Positions 6,721-18,494 of a stretch of 64,000 bases of DNA are shown here, piece after piece. The stretch's first letter is position 1. The number at the start of each line of letters is the position of its first letter. Under the pieces are notes generated by a model. The model ran no database searches and was not told where the DNA came from. It was given only the letters and a program-made list of their open reading frames with translations. The DNA comes from Bordetella sp. (lineage in GTDB: Bacteria; Pseudomonadota; Gammaproteobacteria; Burkholderiales; Burkholderiaceae_A): contig JAYNLI010000004.1 of assembly GCA_038111655.1 (NCBI GenBank), positions 59-64,058 of the forward strand, read 5' to 3'. The translations under genes were made by a program, and so were the position numbers.

Positions 6721-9700
6721 ATGTCAGAAGTCAGTTTTCTCCCGGGGGCAAGCGCCATCTCGGCCTTCCGTGGTGACCGGCTTCTTTCAGCCGTTGAGGC
6801 GGCAGGTTGTCCAGTCAAAGAATTAAGGTGCTCCTGGGCCTACCTTGTCCATAGCCGTTTTACGGCGGGCTCAGCAGCGGCGCCTTCAGACACCAAGACC
6901 GAATCGGCGCTTTATTCAAGTTTGGCAGCCCTTGTTCGGCTTCAAGGTCCAAGCTTCGGTCCCGTGCCCGCTAATAGCCTCCGGCTTTGGGTCTTTCCGC
7001 GTCACGGGACCCTATCACCTTGGGCCTCAAAGGCCTTCGAGATTGCTCAACGTTGCGGCCTTGAAGACCTCGTTCGTTTTGAGCGAGGTCTGTGCTTTGA
7101 GTTTCAATTTAAAAAGTGGGGGGCTCCGCAGTCGGCGGAAGCTTTACAGACCTTCATTTTTAGTGAAAAGGGTCAGCATTTGTTTTACGACCGGATGACA
7201 GAAGAAGTTTCCTTTAATGAGCCTCCGACACATTTAATTGATCAGCCCCCTGTTAAATCCCTGGAAGTCATTGAGCTTTCCGGAGACAGCAGCCAAAGGT
7301 TGTTCCAGCTACAGGTAGTGAACGCCAGGCTCGGACTTGCTCTGTCGGATGACGAAATGGACTACCTGGTGAAGGCCTATCAGGCAATGAACCGGCACCC
7401 TACCGACGTTGAGCTCATAATGTTTGCCCAGGCCAACTCTGAGCATTGTCGACACAAAATTTTCAATGCGTCATTTACCATTAATTCAAAGCCTCAAGAC
7501 AAATCTCTGTTTCAGATGATTCGACACACCCATGAGGTGGCAGGTCAGGGAACGGTATCGGCTTACGAGGATAATGCGGCAATTTTGCAGGGGCGTCAGG
7601 TCGTTCATTTTCAGTCCTCTGTCGCTAAGCCTGGACCTTATCGTGAGGTTCAGGGGCTCATGCACACGGTACTGAAGGCTGAGACTCATAATCATCCCAC
7701 AGCTATTTCACCCTTTCCTGGGGCAGCCACCGGAGCGGGGGGCGAAATTCGTGACGAAGGAGCAACAGGTCGAGGAGCCGAGCCTCGCGCCGGCCTGGTG
7801 GGTTTTTCAGTATCCAATGTTGACTTCTCTGAGCAGTTTGATGGCCCTTTCCGTCAAGCCTCACCTTTACAGATCATGCTCGAGGGTCCAATAGGTGCAG
7901 CCGCTTTTAATAACGAATTCGGGAGACCGGGTTTGCTTGGATACTTCCGAAGCTTTGAGTTGGGGTTTGATGAACGCCGCTGGGGTTACCACAAGCCCAT
8001 CATGCTCGCGGGTGGCGTAGGGGTCATACATGATGACCTCAGCTTTAAAAAGCCCATTTCAGAGGGGGCCCTGCTAATTCAGCTTGGCGGTCCCGGTATG
8101 CGCATCGGCCTTGGTGGTGGGGCGGCCAGCTCGGTGGATTCCGGTGCCAATTCGGCACAACTCGATTTTGACTCGGTTCAGCGGGGTAACCCGGAAATGC
8201 AGCGCCGCGCTCAAGAGGTCATTGATGCCTGCGTAGCTTTGGGCCCTGAGAATCCTATTCTTTCTGTCCACGATGTGGGTGCCGGCGGCCTATCGAACGC
8301 CTTCCCAGAGCTTGTACATGGCGCAGGCATGGGCGCTGACTTCCAGCTTAATCAAGTGCCTATCGATGACCATTCCATGTCACCTGCCGAAATCTGGTGC
8401 AATGAGTCGCAAGAGCGCTATGTGCTTGCCATTGCCGAGGAGCAGCTGCCCTTGTTCGAGTCGCTTGCTCGTCGGGAACGATGCCCGTTTTCGGTTGTTG
8501 GTCGAGCGCTCTCGCAGGACCGTCTAAGGCTGCTGGCTCCTCAGTTTGATGCCCCGGGCGATTCTAGAAATGGCGTGGCTTCCGGGGAAATCGCCTCAAT
8601 GAACCCGGTTGACATGCCCCTGTCGGTGCTTCTTGGGAAACCACCCCGGATGCAGAGAGACGTCGTTCGATATCAAGCGCAAGCGCAGCCGCTTGATCTT
8701 GTGGGACAGCCCCTCGAGGAACTTGTTCATGAAGTGCTTGCACATCCAACGGTTGCAAGCAAAGAGTTTTTAATCACCATTGGTGATCGCACGGTTGGCG
8801 GTCTTACGGCCCGGGATCAGATGGTCGGTCCCTGGCAGACGCCTGTCGCAGATGCAGCTATTACCCTGTGGGACTTTAAAGGGTTTGGGGGGCAGGCTAT
8901 TGCCCTGGGTGAGCGACAACCGCTTGCCGTGACCGATTCAGTAGCTTCTGTTCGGATGGCCCTCGGGGAGGCTTTAACGAATCTCTTCAGTGCGCCAATG
9001 AACGATCTCTCGACAGTGAAGCTGTGTGCTAACTGGATGGCCGCTTGCGGTGAAAAGGGGCAGGACGCTGCGCTCTACGATGCGGTTGAGAATCTGGCGA
9101 TGCAGCTTTGTCCGCAATTGGGCCTCTCGATTCCTGTGGGTAAAGACTCTTTAAGTATGCGGACAAGCTGGGAGAGTGCAGGTGTGAAGCGCTCGGTTAT
9201 CTCTCCTGTATCTTTGGTCTTAACCGCGGTCACTCCAGTTGACGATGTCCGTCAAGCCTGGACTCCCCGTCTTCGCTCTGAACTCGGTCATACCGTGCTT
9301 ATTTTTGTTGATCTTGCATCGGGTAAGCAGCGTATGGGTGGGTCTGTTCTCGCTCAGTTGCTCGGTGATTTCGGGGGTGAGACTCCCAATCTTGAAGATC
9401 CTGAAGGCCTGCGTCGTTTGCAACGGGTCTGTCATGAGGCGCGTGAACATGAAGGTCTCGTCCTTGCATACCATGATCGCTCGGACGGTGGACTTCTTGC
9501 CTGTCTTGCAGAGATGGCCTTCGCGGGGCGTTGTGGGGTCACCGTCAACCTCGACATTCTTACCATCGACCCGTTTGCCGCTGATTGGGGTGACTTTAAA
9601 ATTCGCCCCGAGCAAGTGGCCGTTCAGCGCGACGAACTGACACTGAAGGCGCTTTTCAATGAAGAGCTCGGGGTTGTGTTTCAGGTGGCACGCGAACGTC

Positions 9701-10824
9701 GCTCAGAATTCATGGATATCCTTCGTAAGCACGCCCTGTCCTCCTGTGCTCATGAGGTTGGTTATTCCAATCCGCGGGATCAGATTGAAATCTATCGTGA
9801 TGCCAAATGCATCTTTCAGCAGCCTCGGGCAAAGCTGCAGGAAAGCTGGTCCAAAGTGAGTTTTGAATTTGCATCCCGGCGCGATAACCCGGCCTTGGCC
9901 AAGCAAGCCTTTGAGGCCTTGCACTTGGCGAACGCCCCCCAGGTGCACCTTCCCGTTGGCCTAGAGAAGCGTCTCTCCGAGCTTAGCTCCGGGGCTCAAG
10001 CAGGTGGAGGGCTAAGCAGCCCAAAGGTTGGAGCGCTTGCGCTTTCAAAGCCCCGGGTTGCTATTCTTCGTGAGCAGGGCGTTAACGGACAGGTTGAGAT
10101 GGCGGCAGCCTTTGAAGCGGCAGGTTTTGAGGCTTGGGATGTCCATATGACAGACCTGCTCGATCAGAGAATAAACCTTGATTCCATGTCAGGCCTGGTT
10201 GCCTGTGGCGGATTTTCATTCGGTGACGTCTTGGGGGCTGGTAATGGCTGGGCGAGCTCCATTCTCTTTAATAATAAGCTTCGAGATCTCTTCACGGCTT
10301 TCTTCGAGCGTAACGACCGTTTTGCCTTGGGTGTTTGTAATGGCTGCCAGATGATGGCTCGTCTGCATTCAATCATTCCCGGCGCAGAGGGCTGGCCGAC
10401 CTTCTTACCGAACGCATCCGAGCAGTTTGAGGCTAGGTTGTCGATGGTTGAAGTGCTCGAGTCGAACTCCATTTTCTTTCGGGATATGCAAGGTGCACGA
10501 CTCCCCGTGGCTGTCTCTCACGGCGAGGGGCGGGTCTCATGGGCGGAGGGCCAAGAGACAAGATCGCAATCGCTTGGCGCGCTTCGGTTCACCGATCATG
10601 GAAAGGCGGCTCAGCTTTATCCAGCCAATCCGAATGGATCGCCGGAGGGGCTGACGGGCTTCAGCAATGACGATGGCAGAGTGCTTGTACTTATGCCACA
10701 TCCCGAGAGGGTATTCAGAAACGTACAGTTTTCTTGGGTGCCCGACACTTTTAAGAACTACAACGATATTTCACCATGGGCCGTCTTTTTCAAGAACGCC
10801 TATGAATGGGTAAGGAAGGTTTAA
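6721..10824 (+). CDS. purL: Phosphoribosylformylglycinamidine synthase (large type)
   Basis: [31 protein letters not shown] and MPHPER motifs. Confidence 0.98.
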   Translation: MSEVSFLPGASAISAFRGDRLLSAVEAAGCPVKELRCSWAYLVHSRFTAGSAAAPSDTKTESALYSSLAALVRLQGPSFGPVPANSLRLWVFPRHGTLSPWASKAFEIAQRCGLEDLVRFERGLCFEFQFKKWGAPQSAEALQTFIFSEKGQHLFYDRMTEEVSFNEPPTHLIDQPPVKSLEVIELSGDSSQRLFQLQVVNARLGLALSDDEMDYLVKAYQAMNRHPTDVELIMFAQANSEHCRHKIFNASFTINSKPQDKSLFQMIRHTHEVAGQGTVSAYEDNAAILQGRQVVHFQSSVAKPGPYREVQGLMHTVLKAETHNHPTAISPFPGAATGAGGEIRDEGATGRGAEPRAGLVGFSVSNVDFSEQFDGPFRQASPLQIMLEGPIGAAAFNNEFGRPGLLGYFRSFELGFDERRWGYHKPIMLAGGVGVIHDDLSFKKPISEGALLIQLGGPGMRIGLGGGAASSVDSGANSAQLDFDSVQRGNPEMQRRAQEVIDACVALGPENPILSVHDVGAGGLSNAFPELVHGAGMGADFQLNQVPIDDHSMSPAEIWCNESQERYVLAIAEEQLPLFESLARRERCPFSVVGRALSQDRLRLLAPQFDAPGDSRNGVASGEIASMNPVDMPLSVLLGKPPRMQRDVVRYQAQAQPLDLVGQPLEELVHEVLAHPTVASKEFLITIGDRTVGGLTARDQMVGPWQTPVADAAITLWDFKGFGGQAIALGERQPLAVTDSVASVRMALGEALTNLFSAPMNDLSTVKLCANWMAACGEKGQDAALYDAVENLAMQLCPQLGLSIPVGKDSLSMRTSWESAGVKRSVISPVSLVLTAVTPVDDVRQAWTPRLRSELGHTVLIFVDLASGKQRMGGSVLAQLLGDFGGETPNLEDPEGLRRLQRVCHEAREHEGLVLAYHDRSDGGLLACLAEMAFAGRCGVTVNLDILTIDPFAADWGDFKIRPEQVAVQRDELTLKALFNEELGVVFQVARERRSEFMDILRKHALSSCAHEVGYSNPRDQIEIYRDAKCIFQQPRAKLQESWSKVSFEFASRRDNPALAKQAFEALHLANAPQVHLPVGLEKRLSELSSGAQAGGGLSSPKVGALALSKPRVAILREQGVNGQVEMAAAFEAAGFEAWDVHMTDLLDQRINLDSMSGLVACGGFSFGDVLGAGNGWASSILFNNKLRDLFTAFFERNDRFALGVCNGCQMMARLHSIIPGAEGWPTFLPNASEQFEARLSMVEVLESNSIFFRDMQGARLPVAVSHGEGRVSWAEGQETRSQSLGALRFTDHGKAAQLYPANPNGSPEGLTGFSNDDGRVLVLMPHPERVFRNVQFSWVPDTFKNYNDISPWAVFFKNAYEWVRKV

Positions 10825-12440
10825 TGCTTTCAACTGCAAACATCACCATGCAATTTGGGGCCAAGCCCCTCTTCGAGAATGTCAGTGTCAAGTTCGGTAA
10901 TGGCCATCGTTACGGTCTTATCGGTGCAAATGGTTGTGGTAAGTCCACCTTCATGAAGATTCTCGGAGGTGACCTTGAACAGACGTCTGGCGAGGTTATT
11001 AAAGAGCCGGGTGTGCGCCTTGGAAAGCTCCGTCAAGACCAATTTGCCTACGAGGATCATCGGGTTATTGACGTTGTCATGATGGGTCATGAAGAGATGT
11101 GGGCGGCCATGACTGAGCGCGACGCGATTTATGCAAACCCAGATGCCAGCGAAGATGATTACATGCGAGCCGCTGATCTTGAGGCGAAATTTGCCGAGTT
11201 TGATGGCTATACAGCAGAGGCTCGAGCGGGCGAGTTGCTCCTAGGGGCGGGTATTGCACTGGAGCAACACAACGGTCCCATGAGTGAGATTGCCCCGGGA
11301 TGGAAGTTAAGGGTGTTACTTGCCCAGGCGCTTTTTAGTGACCCTGATGTTTTGCTGCTAGACGAGCCAACAAATAACCTTGACATTGACACGATTCGTT
11401 GGCTCGAGGGACTTTTAAACGATCGTGACTGCACCATGATCATCATCTCGCACGATCGTCACTTTTTGAACTCCGTTTGCACGCATATGGCCGACGTAGA
11501 TTACGGCGAGATTCGAATCTACCCAGGAAATTACGACGACTACATGCTGGCCTCTTCCGAGGCTCGTGCTCGCCTTATGGCCGCAAATGCAAAAAGTAAA
11601 GAGCGTGTCTCCGAGTTGCAGGAGTTTGTTCGTCGGTTTGCTGCGAACAAGAGCAAGGCCAAGCAGGCTACATCGCGCCGAAAGCTAATTGAAAAAATTC
11701 AGTCGGAGTCTGTCGAGGTTCGCCCCTCTTCACGGCAGAATCCCTACATTCGATTTGAGCAGGCGAAGCAACTCTATCGACAGGCCGTTCATCTTCAGAG
11801 CATTTCAAAGTCCTACGATGGTGAGGCGGTTCTTAATAAGGTTTCTCTTATGGTCGAGGCGGGCGAGAAGATTGCCATTGTTGGGCCCAACGGAGCAGGA
11901 AAGTCCACACTTATTAAATGCCTTGTAGGTGCCGATCACGAAGGAGTGGCCATTGATAACGGCCTGGTGAAATGGTCTGACAATGCACAAATTGGCTACA
12001 TGGCTCAGGATGTCTATCCCGAGTTTGAGAAGGACGTCCCCTTAACGTCTTGGTTGCAAGCCTATGCCCAAGAAGGAGACGATGATCAAGCCCTACGATC
12101 GATTCTTGGCAGGCTCTTGTTTTCGGGTGATGAAGTTGCCAAGCAGGTTAAGGTTCTGTCAGGGGGTGAAAAGCATCGCATGAGCTTTGGCCGCCTTATG
12201 CTTGAGCGATCGAATGTCTTGGTGCTCGATGAGCCTACCAATCATCTTGATATGGAGTCCATTGAATCCCTGCAGCTCGCTCTCGAGAAATATCAGGGCA
12301 CTTTATTCTTCGTAAGTCACGATCGCGAGTTTGTGAATGCGGTGGCTAACCGCATTCTTATACTGAAGGGTGACGGAAGCTTCATTGACTTCAAGGGCTC
12401 CTACGATGACTACCTTAGCAGTGAGGGGCTAGAGGCCTAA
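10824..12440 (+). CDS. ybiT: ABC-F family ATPase, YbiT-like
   Basis: [25 protein letters not shown] start, two ABC domains, no TM segments; TAATG coupling to purL. Confidence 0.92.
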   Translation: MLSTANITMQFGAKPLFENVSVKFGNGHRYGLIGANGCGKSTFMKILGGDLEQTSGEVIKEPGVRLGKLRQDQFAYEDHRVIDVVMMGHEEMWAAMTERDAIYANPDASEDDYMRAADLEAKFAEFDGYTAEARAGELLLGAGIALEQHNGPMSEIAPGWKLRVLLAQALFSDPDVLLLDEPTNNLDIDTIRWLEGLLNDRDCTMIIISHDRHFLNSVCTHMADVDYGEIRIYPGNYDDYMLASSEARARLMAANAKSKERVSELQEFVRRFAANKSKAKQATSRRKLIEKIQSESVEVRPSSRQNPYIRFEQAKQLYRQAVHLQSISKSYDGEAVLNKVSLMVEAGEKIAIVGPNGAGKSTLIKCLVGADHEGVAIDNGLVKWSDNAQIGYMAQDVYPEFEKDVPLTSWLQAYAQEGDDDQALRSILGRLLFSGDEVAKQVKVLSGGEKHRMSFGRLMLERSNVLVLDEPTNHLDMESIESLQLALEKYQGTLFFVSHDREFVNAVANRILILKGDGSFIDFKGSYDDYLSSEGLEA

Positions 12441-12479
12441 ACCCGAAGACAAGAGCTCAAGGCGCCAAGCCCCCGAGCC

Positions 12480-13442
12480 CTAGTCTGCCTCGTTAAGGCA
12501 GTCCAGCAGGCTGTTGAGGTCCGCAAAGTTAAACTGCGCCGCAGCCTGAATGGCTACCACCGGCTTAGCCCGGTAGGCAAGACTAAGGTGCACTTGGGTC
12601 ATCATGGGCAGGTCGTTCGCTCCATCGCCAATGGCAATGGCCTGTTCACCTGCATCAATACCCCGTTTGGAAGCGGCCTGTAAAACCGATTCTTTTTTGG
12701 CGTTACCATCAACGATCAGGCCAATCACTTCGCCGGTAAGTTTGCCATTTTCCATTCCGAGCGTATTGCAGTGAATTTCGTCGAAGCCCAGTGTCTCTGC
12801 AACATAACCCGTAAAAGGATGAAATCCACCCGAGACTAACAGGCAGTGAAGGCCAGCCGATTTGGCTGCTGCGACCAGTTCCTTTGCACCAGGGTTGAAG
12901 CGTAGTCGTTCGGTTAAGACACTTTGAAGGGCACTCGCGGAAAGATCTTTCAAAAAAGCAACGCGTCGGCGCAGACTCTCTGCGTAATCGGTTATTTCTC
13001 CGCGCATCGCGGCCTCGGTAATACTGGCAACCTCGGCCTTTTTTCCGCAGAAATCAGCAACCTCGTCGAGGCATTCAATTGAAATGACTGTGGAGTCCAT
13101 ATCCATGGCGAGCAGTTTGTAGCTTCCAAGGCTTCGCGGTGAGGGCATAAGTACCAGGTCGATGCCGTACGTCTGGCACTGGGCTTGAAGTTCTGCCGTT
13201 GTATCTCGAGTGAGACCCTGAAGAGCGCCTTTCGTAAGTTTGACGTACGAGGGACGGTTGGTAGGATTCACCACACGCGCCTCTTGAAGACCCTCTTGCT
13301 GGTGCTCAAAAAGATGAAGCAGGTCTTTTACCTTAAACAGTAACTCCTCGGGTCCTCGAGTCGGGTGATGACTCTGGCTGTTTCCTGCCTGTAAAAAATA
13401 AAGCTCCGACTGGCCGGTTAGATCTTCTTTAAGGGAATACAT
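12480..13442 (-). CDS. serB: Phosphoserine phosphatase
   Basis: HAD motifs DMDST, VSGGF, GDGAND. Confidence 0.93.
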   Translation of the reverse strand: MYSLKEDLTGQSELYFLQAGNSQSHHPTRGPEELLFKVKDLLHLFEHQQEGLQEARVVNPTNRPSYVKLTKGALQGLTRDTTAELQAQCQTYGIDLVLMPSPRSLGSYKLLAMDMDSTVISIECLDEVADFCGKKAEVASITEAAMRGEITDYAESLRRRVAFLKDLSASALQSVLTERLRFNPGAKELVAAAKSAGLHCLLVSGGFHPFTGYVAETLGFDEIHCNTLGMENGKLTGEVIGLIVDGNAKKESVLQAASKRGIDAGEQAIAIGDGANDLPMMTQVHLSLAYRAKPVVAIQAAAQFNFADLNSLLDCLNEAD

Positions 13443-13456
13443 AGCACTGCTTTCAG

Positions 13457-16400
13457 TTAAGGAGTTGTAGCAGAGGCGTCAAGAACCTGCTGAAAAACCG
13501 TTTGCAGAACCTGGAGACGCTCGGGAAGCTTTGAAGAGCTTATATCTGCGCGCAGGCGGTCGTTACCTTGGAGCCGAAATCTGGAGTCTGCTTGAATAAG
13601 CTTGATGACTTTTGCAGGATTGACGGGCGCGTTGGGTCCGAATTGAACGTTCACTCGATCAGGGCCCGCGTCGATCTTAATGACATTCCAAGCTTTACAA
13701 CGTAAACGAAGTCGGTGCGTTTCAAGTAGCGCTTTCGCCGGGTCTGGAAGCTTTCCAAAGCGGTCAATCAGCTCTTCCTGCAGCTCCGAGAGATCTTCTT
13801 GGCTCTCCGCGCTTGCCATTCGTTTGTAGAGCGAAAGCCGTTCACGAATGTCTTGGCAGTAGTCCTCCGGTAGAAGCGCCGGAAGATGCAGTTGAATTTC
13901 AGTGACACTTGTAACTGGCGTATCAAGGTCTGGCTCTCGACCGGCCTTTAAGGCGTTTACGGCCTCTTGCAGCATGTCGGCATAGAGTTGAAAGCCAACC
14001 TCTGTCATATTGCCCGACTGGCTGTCGCCCAAGACTTCGCCCGCACCGCGAATTTCTAGGTCATGCATAGCAAGGAAAAAGCCACTGCCAAGTTCTTCCA
14101 TGGATGTAATGGCTTCAAGCCGTTTTTTGGCGTCACGAGTTATCGATTCTTCATCAGGAACAAGCAGGTAGGCATAGGCCTGGTGATGCGAGCGACCGAC
14201 ACGGCCTCTTAGCTGATGCAGTTGGGCAAGTCCAAACCGATCGGCACGATAAATAATGATGGTGTTCGCGGTTGGCACATCAATACCGGTCTCGATGATG
14301 GTCGTGCATAAAAGGACGTTAATGCGCTGTTGGTGGAAGTCACGCATGACCTGCTCAAGCTCGCGTTCTGGCAGTTGGCCGTGTGCGACACCAATACGTG
14401 CCTCGGGCAGAATGGCCTGAAGCATTTCCAGCCGATGTTGAATGGTCTCGACCTGATTGTGCAGAACATAGGCCTGCCCACCACGCCGAAGCTCTCGTAA
14501 GAGCGCCTCTCTTACTGTTCCGTCCGAGGTCTGCCTAACCATTGTCTTAATGGCGAGACGCTTCTGAGGGGCCGTGGCAATAATTGAGAAATCCCGAATG
14601 CCCTCCATACTCATTGCAAGGGTACGAGGAATAGGCGTTGCGGTTAGGGTGAGTACGTCCACCTCGGCACGCAGATTTTTTAGGGCTTCCTTCTGACGCA
14701 CGCCAAAACGATGCTCTTCATCAATGATGATTAAACCGAGTCTTTGAAATTGAGTACGAGCAGAAAGCAACTGATGGGTGCCAATAAGAATATCGACTCG
14801 GCCTTTGGCAAGTTCCTCAAGTGATTCATTGACCTCCTTAGCGGACTTAAACCGCGAGAGTTCAGCAAGTTTCACGGGCCAGGCTGCGAAGCGATCTCGG
14901 AAGGTCTGAAAGTGTTGTTCGGCAAGTAGTGTAGTGGGGCATAACACGGCAACCTGTTTGCCGTCCATCACGGCTACAAAGGTGGCTCGAAGCGCGACTT
15001 CGGTCTTACCAAAACCGACATCACCGCAGATAAGCCTGTCCATGGGTTTGCCTGAGACCATGTCTTGAATGACCGCGTGAATGGCAGCAAGTTGGTCGGG
15101 CGTCTCTTCAAAGCCAAAGCCATCAGCAAATCGCTCGTAGTCTGCCGCCTGGAATCCAAAGGCATACCCCTCTCTTGCGGCACGTCGCGCGTAAAGGTTA
15201 AGCAACTCTGCCGCGGTGTCCTTCGCTTGTTTGGCAGCTTTGGACTTTGCTTTTTCCCACTGCCCACCTCCAAGCCGGTGGAGGGGAGCGGCGTCTGGGT
15301 CGCTTCCGCTGTAGCGGCTAATGAGATGAAGTTGCGCAACAGGCACGTATAAGACCCCACCTTCGGCATAAATGAGGTGCAGAAATTCATTCGGGCCATC
15401 GCCTAAATCCATGTTAATCAGGCCTTGATAGCGGCCCACACCATGCTGAAGGTGAACAACGGGATCGTTAATTTTGAGTTCTGAAAGATCGCGAATAATG
15501 GCGTCGACGTTCGTCTGCTTCGCCCGTTGTCCGTGCCGTTGTCGCCTTTGCAGGTCGGCAAAAAGCTCAAATTCGGTAATAAGTGTAAGCCCAAGGCTTG
15601 GCGCTTGAAAGCCTTGATGGAAAGGGCTTACGGTAAGTAGGCAGTCGGAGGGAGGCTGTTGTGGCGGTGCTGTCTTGATGGCCTGGAGAAGGCCAGGGAT
15701 CTCGTCAAGTTCATATCGAGCAAACGAAATGCCAGAGTCTTCGAGCATCTCTGCAAGGGTCTCTCGACGCCCATCAGTATCCACACAGACAACGGTGATT
15801 TGATTCTCGTTGGCCGCCTCGCCAATGGCTTTCTGTAGTCTTGCGAGTACAGGAGTGGCCTGGCGATCTGCCCGAACATCAGGCGCACTCCGAATAAGGT
15901 CTTGGTCGCGACTTCCCGACAAAAGGGTCTGCCCCCAATGACTTACGGTCTGGTTGAACTGATGAGTGGGAAGAAGGATGTCCTCGGGGGGGAGCACGGG
16001 CCGCTGAATATCGTGACGCAGAAACTCCCAGCGTGTTTTTACTTCCGCAAAGGTCTGTTCCAGGTTGGTCTGAACATCGCCAACCAATAGAATTTGCGCC
16101 TGCGGATGCAGGTAGGAGGTGAGATCGGAAAGCTCATCGAAAAGCAAGGGAAGGTAGTACTCGATACCGGGTCCAAAGAGACCATTACCCGCGTCTTTGT
16201 AGAGCGAACAACGTGAGGGGTCCCCCTCAAAGGTCTCGCGCCAGCGAGCTCGAAGCTTGGAGGCCGACTCGGCATCGCGTGGGTATTCGCGTCCCGGAAG
16301 AATGCGAACCTCGCGAACAGGGTGGACACTGCGTTGACTTTCTGGATCAAAGACCCGTATCGAGGCGATTTCATCGTCAAAAAGCTCGAGTCGATACGGC

Positions 16401-17065
16401 AGGGTTGAGCCCATGGGATAGAGATCGATCAATCCCCCACGAATGGCATATTCGCCCGGCGAGAAAACCTGACCGACAGGGCTATAACCAGCGGTTTGAA
16501 GTTGTTGGCGCAGACGATCGACCGAGAGGGGTTGATCGGTACGAAAGAAGAAGGTATTCGCAGCAAGGTAATGCGGTGGCGGGAGGCGTTGCAGAGCGGT
16601 TGGCGCCGCCACAATAAGGCAGTCAAGCTGGCCTGTGATGGCCAGATAAAGGCTATTTAGGCGCTCCGAAATAAGATCTTGGTGGGGCGAGAAGGCCTCA
16701 TAGGCCAAGGTCTCCCAGTCCCCCAGTCCTTCCACGCGTAGCGAAGGCTGCCAGGCTTTTACTTCTTGCAAAAGGCGCTGATAACGGGCCGCATTTTCTG
16801 CAATGACAAGCGTCAGGGCGCCCTTATGTTGGCTTGCAGAGGGGCTAGCCCGAAGTTCTTGTGCAAGTTGGAGTGCCCAGCTTGCTGCAAAGAGGCTGTC
16901 TGCTGATCCGACTGGAAGACCGGTTAGGTGTCTTTGGCCAGGAGCGAGCGGGCGAATGTCCTCCTTGGGCCATGACCATTGAACGGTCTGGACGGACGCG
17001 GCTAGCGGGTTTGGAGTGGATATGGCCTCAGAAAGTGCGAGTCGGCTGTCGATCATCTCTGTCAT
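13457..17065 (-). CDS. mfd: Transcription-repair coupling factor
   Basis: UvrB-like module, CarD/RID region, GDVGFGKT, DEEHRFG, TRG motif HDLEIRGAG. Confidence 0.98.
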   Translation of the reverse strand: MTEMIDSRLALSEAISTPNPLAASVQTVQWSWPKEDIRPLAPGQRHLTGLPVGSADSLFAASWALQLAQELRASPSASQHKGALTLVIAENAARYQRLLQEVKAWQPSLRVEGLGDWETLAYEAFSPHQDLISERLNSLYLAITGQLDCLIVAAPTALQRLPPPHYLAANTFFFRTDQPLSVDRLRQQLQTAGYSPVGQVFSPGEYAIRGGLIDLYPMGSTLPYRLELFDDEIASIRVFDPESQRSVHPVREVRILPGREYPRDAESASKLRARWRETFEGDPSRCSLYKDAGNGLFGPGIEYYLPLLFDELSDLTSYLHPQAQILLVGDVQTNLEQTFAEVKTRWEFLRHDIQRPVLPPEDILLPTHQFNQTVSHWGQTLLSGSRDQDLIRSAPDVRADRQATPVLARLQKAIGEAANENQITVVCVDTDGRRETLAEMLEDSGISFARYELDEIPGLLQAIKTAPPQQPPSDCLLTVSPFHQGFQAPSLGLTLITEFELFADLQRRQRHGQRAKQTNVDAIIRDLSELKINDPVVHLQHGVGRYQGLINMDLGDGPNEFLHLIYAEGGVLYVPVAQLHLISRYSGSDPDAAPLHRLGGGQWEKAKSKAAKQAKDTAAELLNLYARRAAREGYAFGFQAADYERFADGFGFEETPDQLAAIHAVIQDMVSGKPMDRLICGDVGFGKTEVALRATFVAVMDGKQVAVLCPTTLLAEQHFQTFRDRFAAWPVKLAELSRFKSAKEVNESLEELAKGRVDILIGTHQLLSARTQFQRLGLIIIDEEHRFGVRQKEALKNLRAEVDVLTLTATPIPRTLAMSMEGIRDFSIIATAPQKRLAIKTMVRQTSDGTVREALLRELRRGGQAYVLHNQVETIQHRLEMLQAILPEARIGVAHGQLPERELEQVMRDFHQQRINVLLCTTIIETGIDVPTANTIIIYRADRFGLAQLHQLRGRVGRSHHQAYAYLLVPDEESITRDAKKRLEAITSMEELGSGFFLAMHDLEIRGAGEVLGDSQSGNMTEVGFQLYADMLQEAVNALKAGREPDLDTPVTSVTEIQLHLPALLPEDYCQDIRERLSLYKRMASAESQEDLSELQEELIDRFGKLPDPAKALLETHRLRLRCKAWNVIKIDAGPDRVNVQFGPNAPVNPAKVIKLIQADSRFRLQGNDRLRADISSSKLPERLQVLQTVFQQVLDASATTP

Positions 17066-17081
17066 CTGATAATTTTAGGGG
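17066..17081. promoter_or_regulatory. Candidate bidirectional -10 element between mfd and ispDF
   Basis: 16-bp gap CTGATAATTTTAGGGG: TAAAAT (minus) 6 nt before mfd ATG; GATAAT (plus) 8 nt before ispDF ATG. Confidence 0.5.
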
Positions 17082-18494
17082 ATGAACAACGTTTCCCCCG
17101 AGCGCTACCTCTGTTCTTTAGATCAGGCTGACCTCCGACTAAGGTTGCTACGTTCTTCTCGATTAGGTAGAGATGCAGACCTTAAGACCGCAGGCCAAGA
17201 ACCTCGGCTCTGGATGATTGTTCCTGCCGCTGGTGTCGGGTCCAGGGCGGGTCTAGACCGGCCCAAGCAGTACTTTCAGATGCATGGGCAGACGGTTCTT
17301 GAACGTTGCCTTGTTGCGCTTGGCAAAGGCAGTAAGAGCATTGAGGCCTTCGCGGGCATGCTTGTGCTTTTGTCACCCGTGGATACCTATTGGGAGGACC
17401 TACAGCTTGATCGGGCGATCGCTACGGCTTTAGGCCCTCAGTTCCCCTTGCTTGTCTTAAAGATTGGTGGGGCTGAGCGAGCACAGACGGTCTTGGCAGG
17501 ACTTAATTGCCTACAGAGGGTCTTCGGTGATGACGCCCGTAATGACTGGGTCATGGTCCATGATGCTGCGAGACCTTTTGTTACGAAGGACGCTGTCCAT
17601 CGTTTATGGCTTGAGGGCCAGACGGATGACGGGGCCCTCCTTGCATTGCCAGTGGCCGACACTTTGAAACGCGCGCAACCTGGGCAGTCCGAGGGGACGG
17701 CAGTCTGCGTTCCCTCATCGCCCTCGATGCCCGCTCAGGCGAGCACGCCAGCCCGTCAAGTCCTTGAAACGGTCTCTCGGGACCATCTCTGGAGGGCACA
17801 GACGCCCCAGATATTTCGACTCGCTTTAATTAAAAAAGCCTTGGCCGATCAGCCTTTGGCCACCGATGAATCCTTTGCAATGGAGGCACTTGGTTACAAG
17901 CCGCGGCTCGTGATGGGGGAAGCAAGTAACATTAAGCTCACGTTGGAACAAGATTTTGAAAAAGACAGTCATTCCATGCCCGAGACGTTGGAGCTTTCAA
18001 AGTTAAACACCCACGAACCTCCTATTCGAATTGGACAAGGCTTTGACGTTCACGCGCTGGCTAAAGACCGTCCACTTATTCTTGGTGGTGTTCGTATTCC
18101 GCATGAAACCGGTCTCTTGGGGCATTCCGATGCAGACGTTCTTTTGCATGCCATTGCAGATGCGCTTCTGGGAGCCCTTGGGCTTGGAGATATTGGGCGA
18201 CACTTTCCCGACACCGACGATGCGTTTAAGAACATCGACAGCCGTGTTCTTCTTAGCCGGGTGGTGGAAGTGATTGCGAAAGAGGGCTTTCGTGTTGCTC
18301 AAGTCGATGCGACGATTATCGCGCAACGTCCAAAGCTTATGCCTTACATTGACATGATGGTGGCCAATATTATTGAAGACTGCAGTTGTCACTTGGTGAA
18401 TGTGAAGGCAACAACAACCGAGAAGCTTGGCTTTGCAGGGCGTGAAGAGGGCATTGCTGCACAGGCAATAGCCAGTCTTGTACGCGTTAAATGA
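17082..18494 (+). CDS. ispDF: Bifunctional IspD/IspF (MEP cytidylyltransferase + MEcPP synthase)
   Basis: [18 protein letters not shown] and QTPQ (IspD) continue in frame into [26 protein letters not shown] (IspF). Confidence 0.93.
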   Translation: MNNVSPERYLCSLDQADLRLRLLRSSRLGRDADLKTAGQEPRLWMIVPAAGVGSRAGLDRPKQYFQMHGQTVLERCLVALGKGSKSIEAFAGMLVLLSPVDTYWEDLQLDRAIATALGPQFPLLVLKIGGAERAQTVLAGLNCLQRVFGDDARNDWVMVHDAARPFVTKDAVHRLWLEGQTDDGALLALPVADTLKRAQPGQSEGTAVCVPSSPSMPAQASTPARQVLETVSRDHLWRAQTPQIFRLALIKKALADQPLATDESFAMEALGYKPRLVMGEASNIKLTLEQDFEKDSHSMPETLELSKLNTHEPPIRIGQGFDVHALAKDRPLILGGVRIPHETGLLGHSDADVLLHAIADALLGALGLGDIGRHFPDTDDAFKNIDSRVLLSRVVEVIAKEGFRVAQVDATIIAQRPKLMPYIDMMVANIIEDCSCHLVNVKATTTEKLGFAGREEGIAAQAIASLVRVK

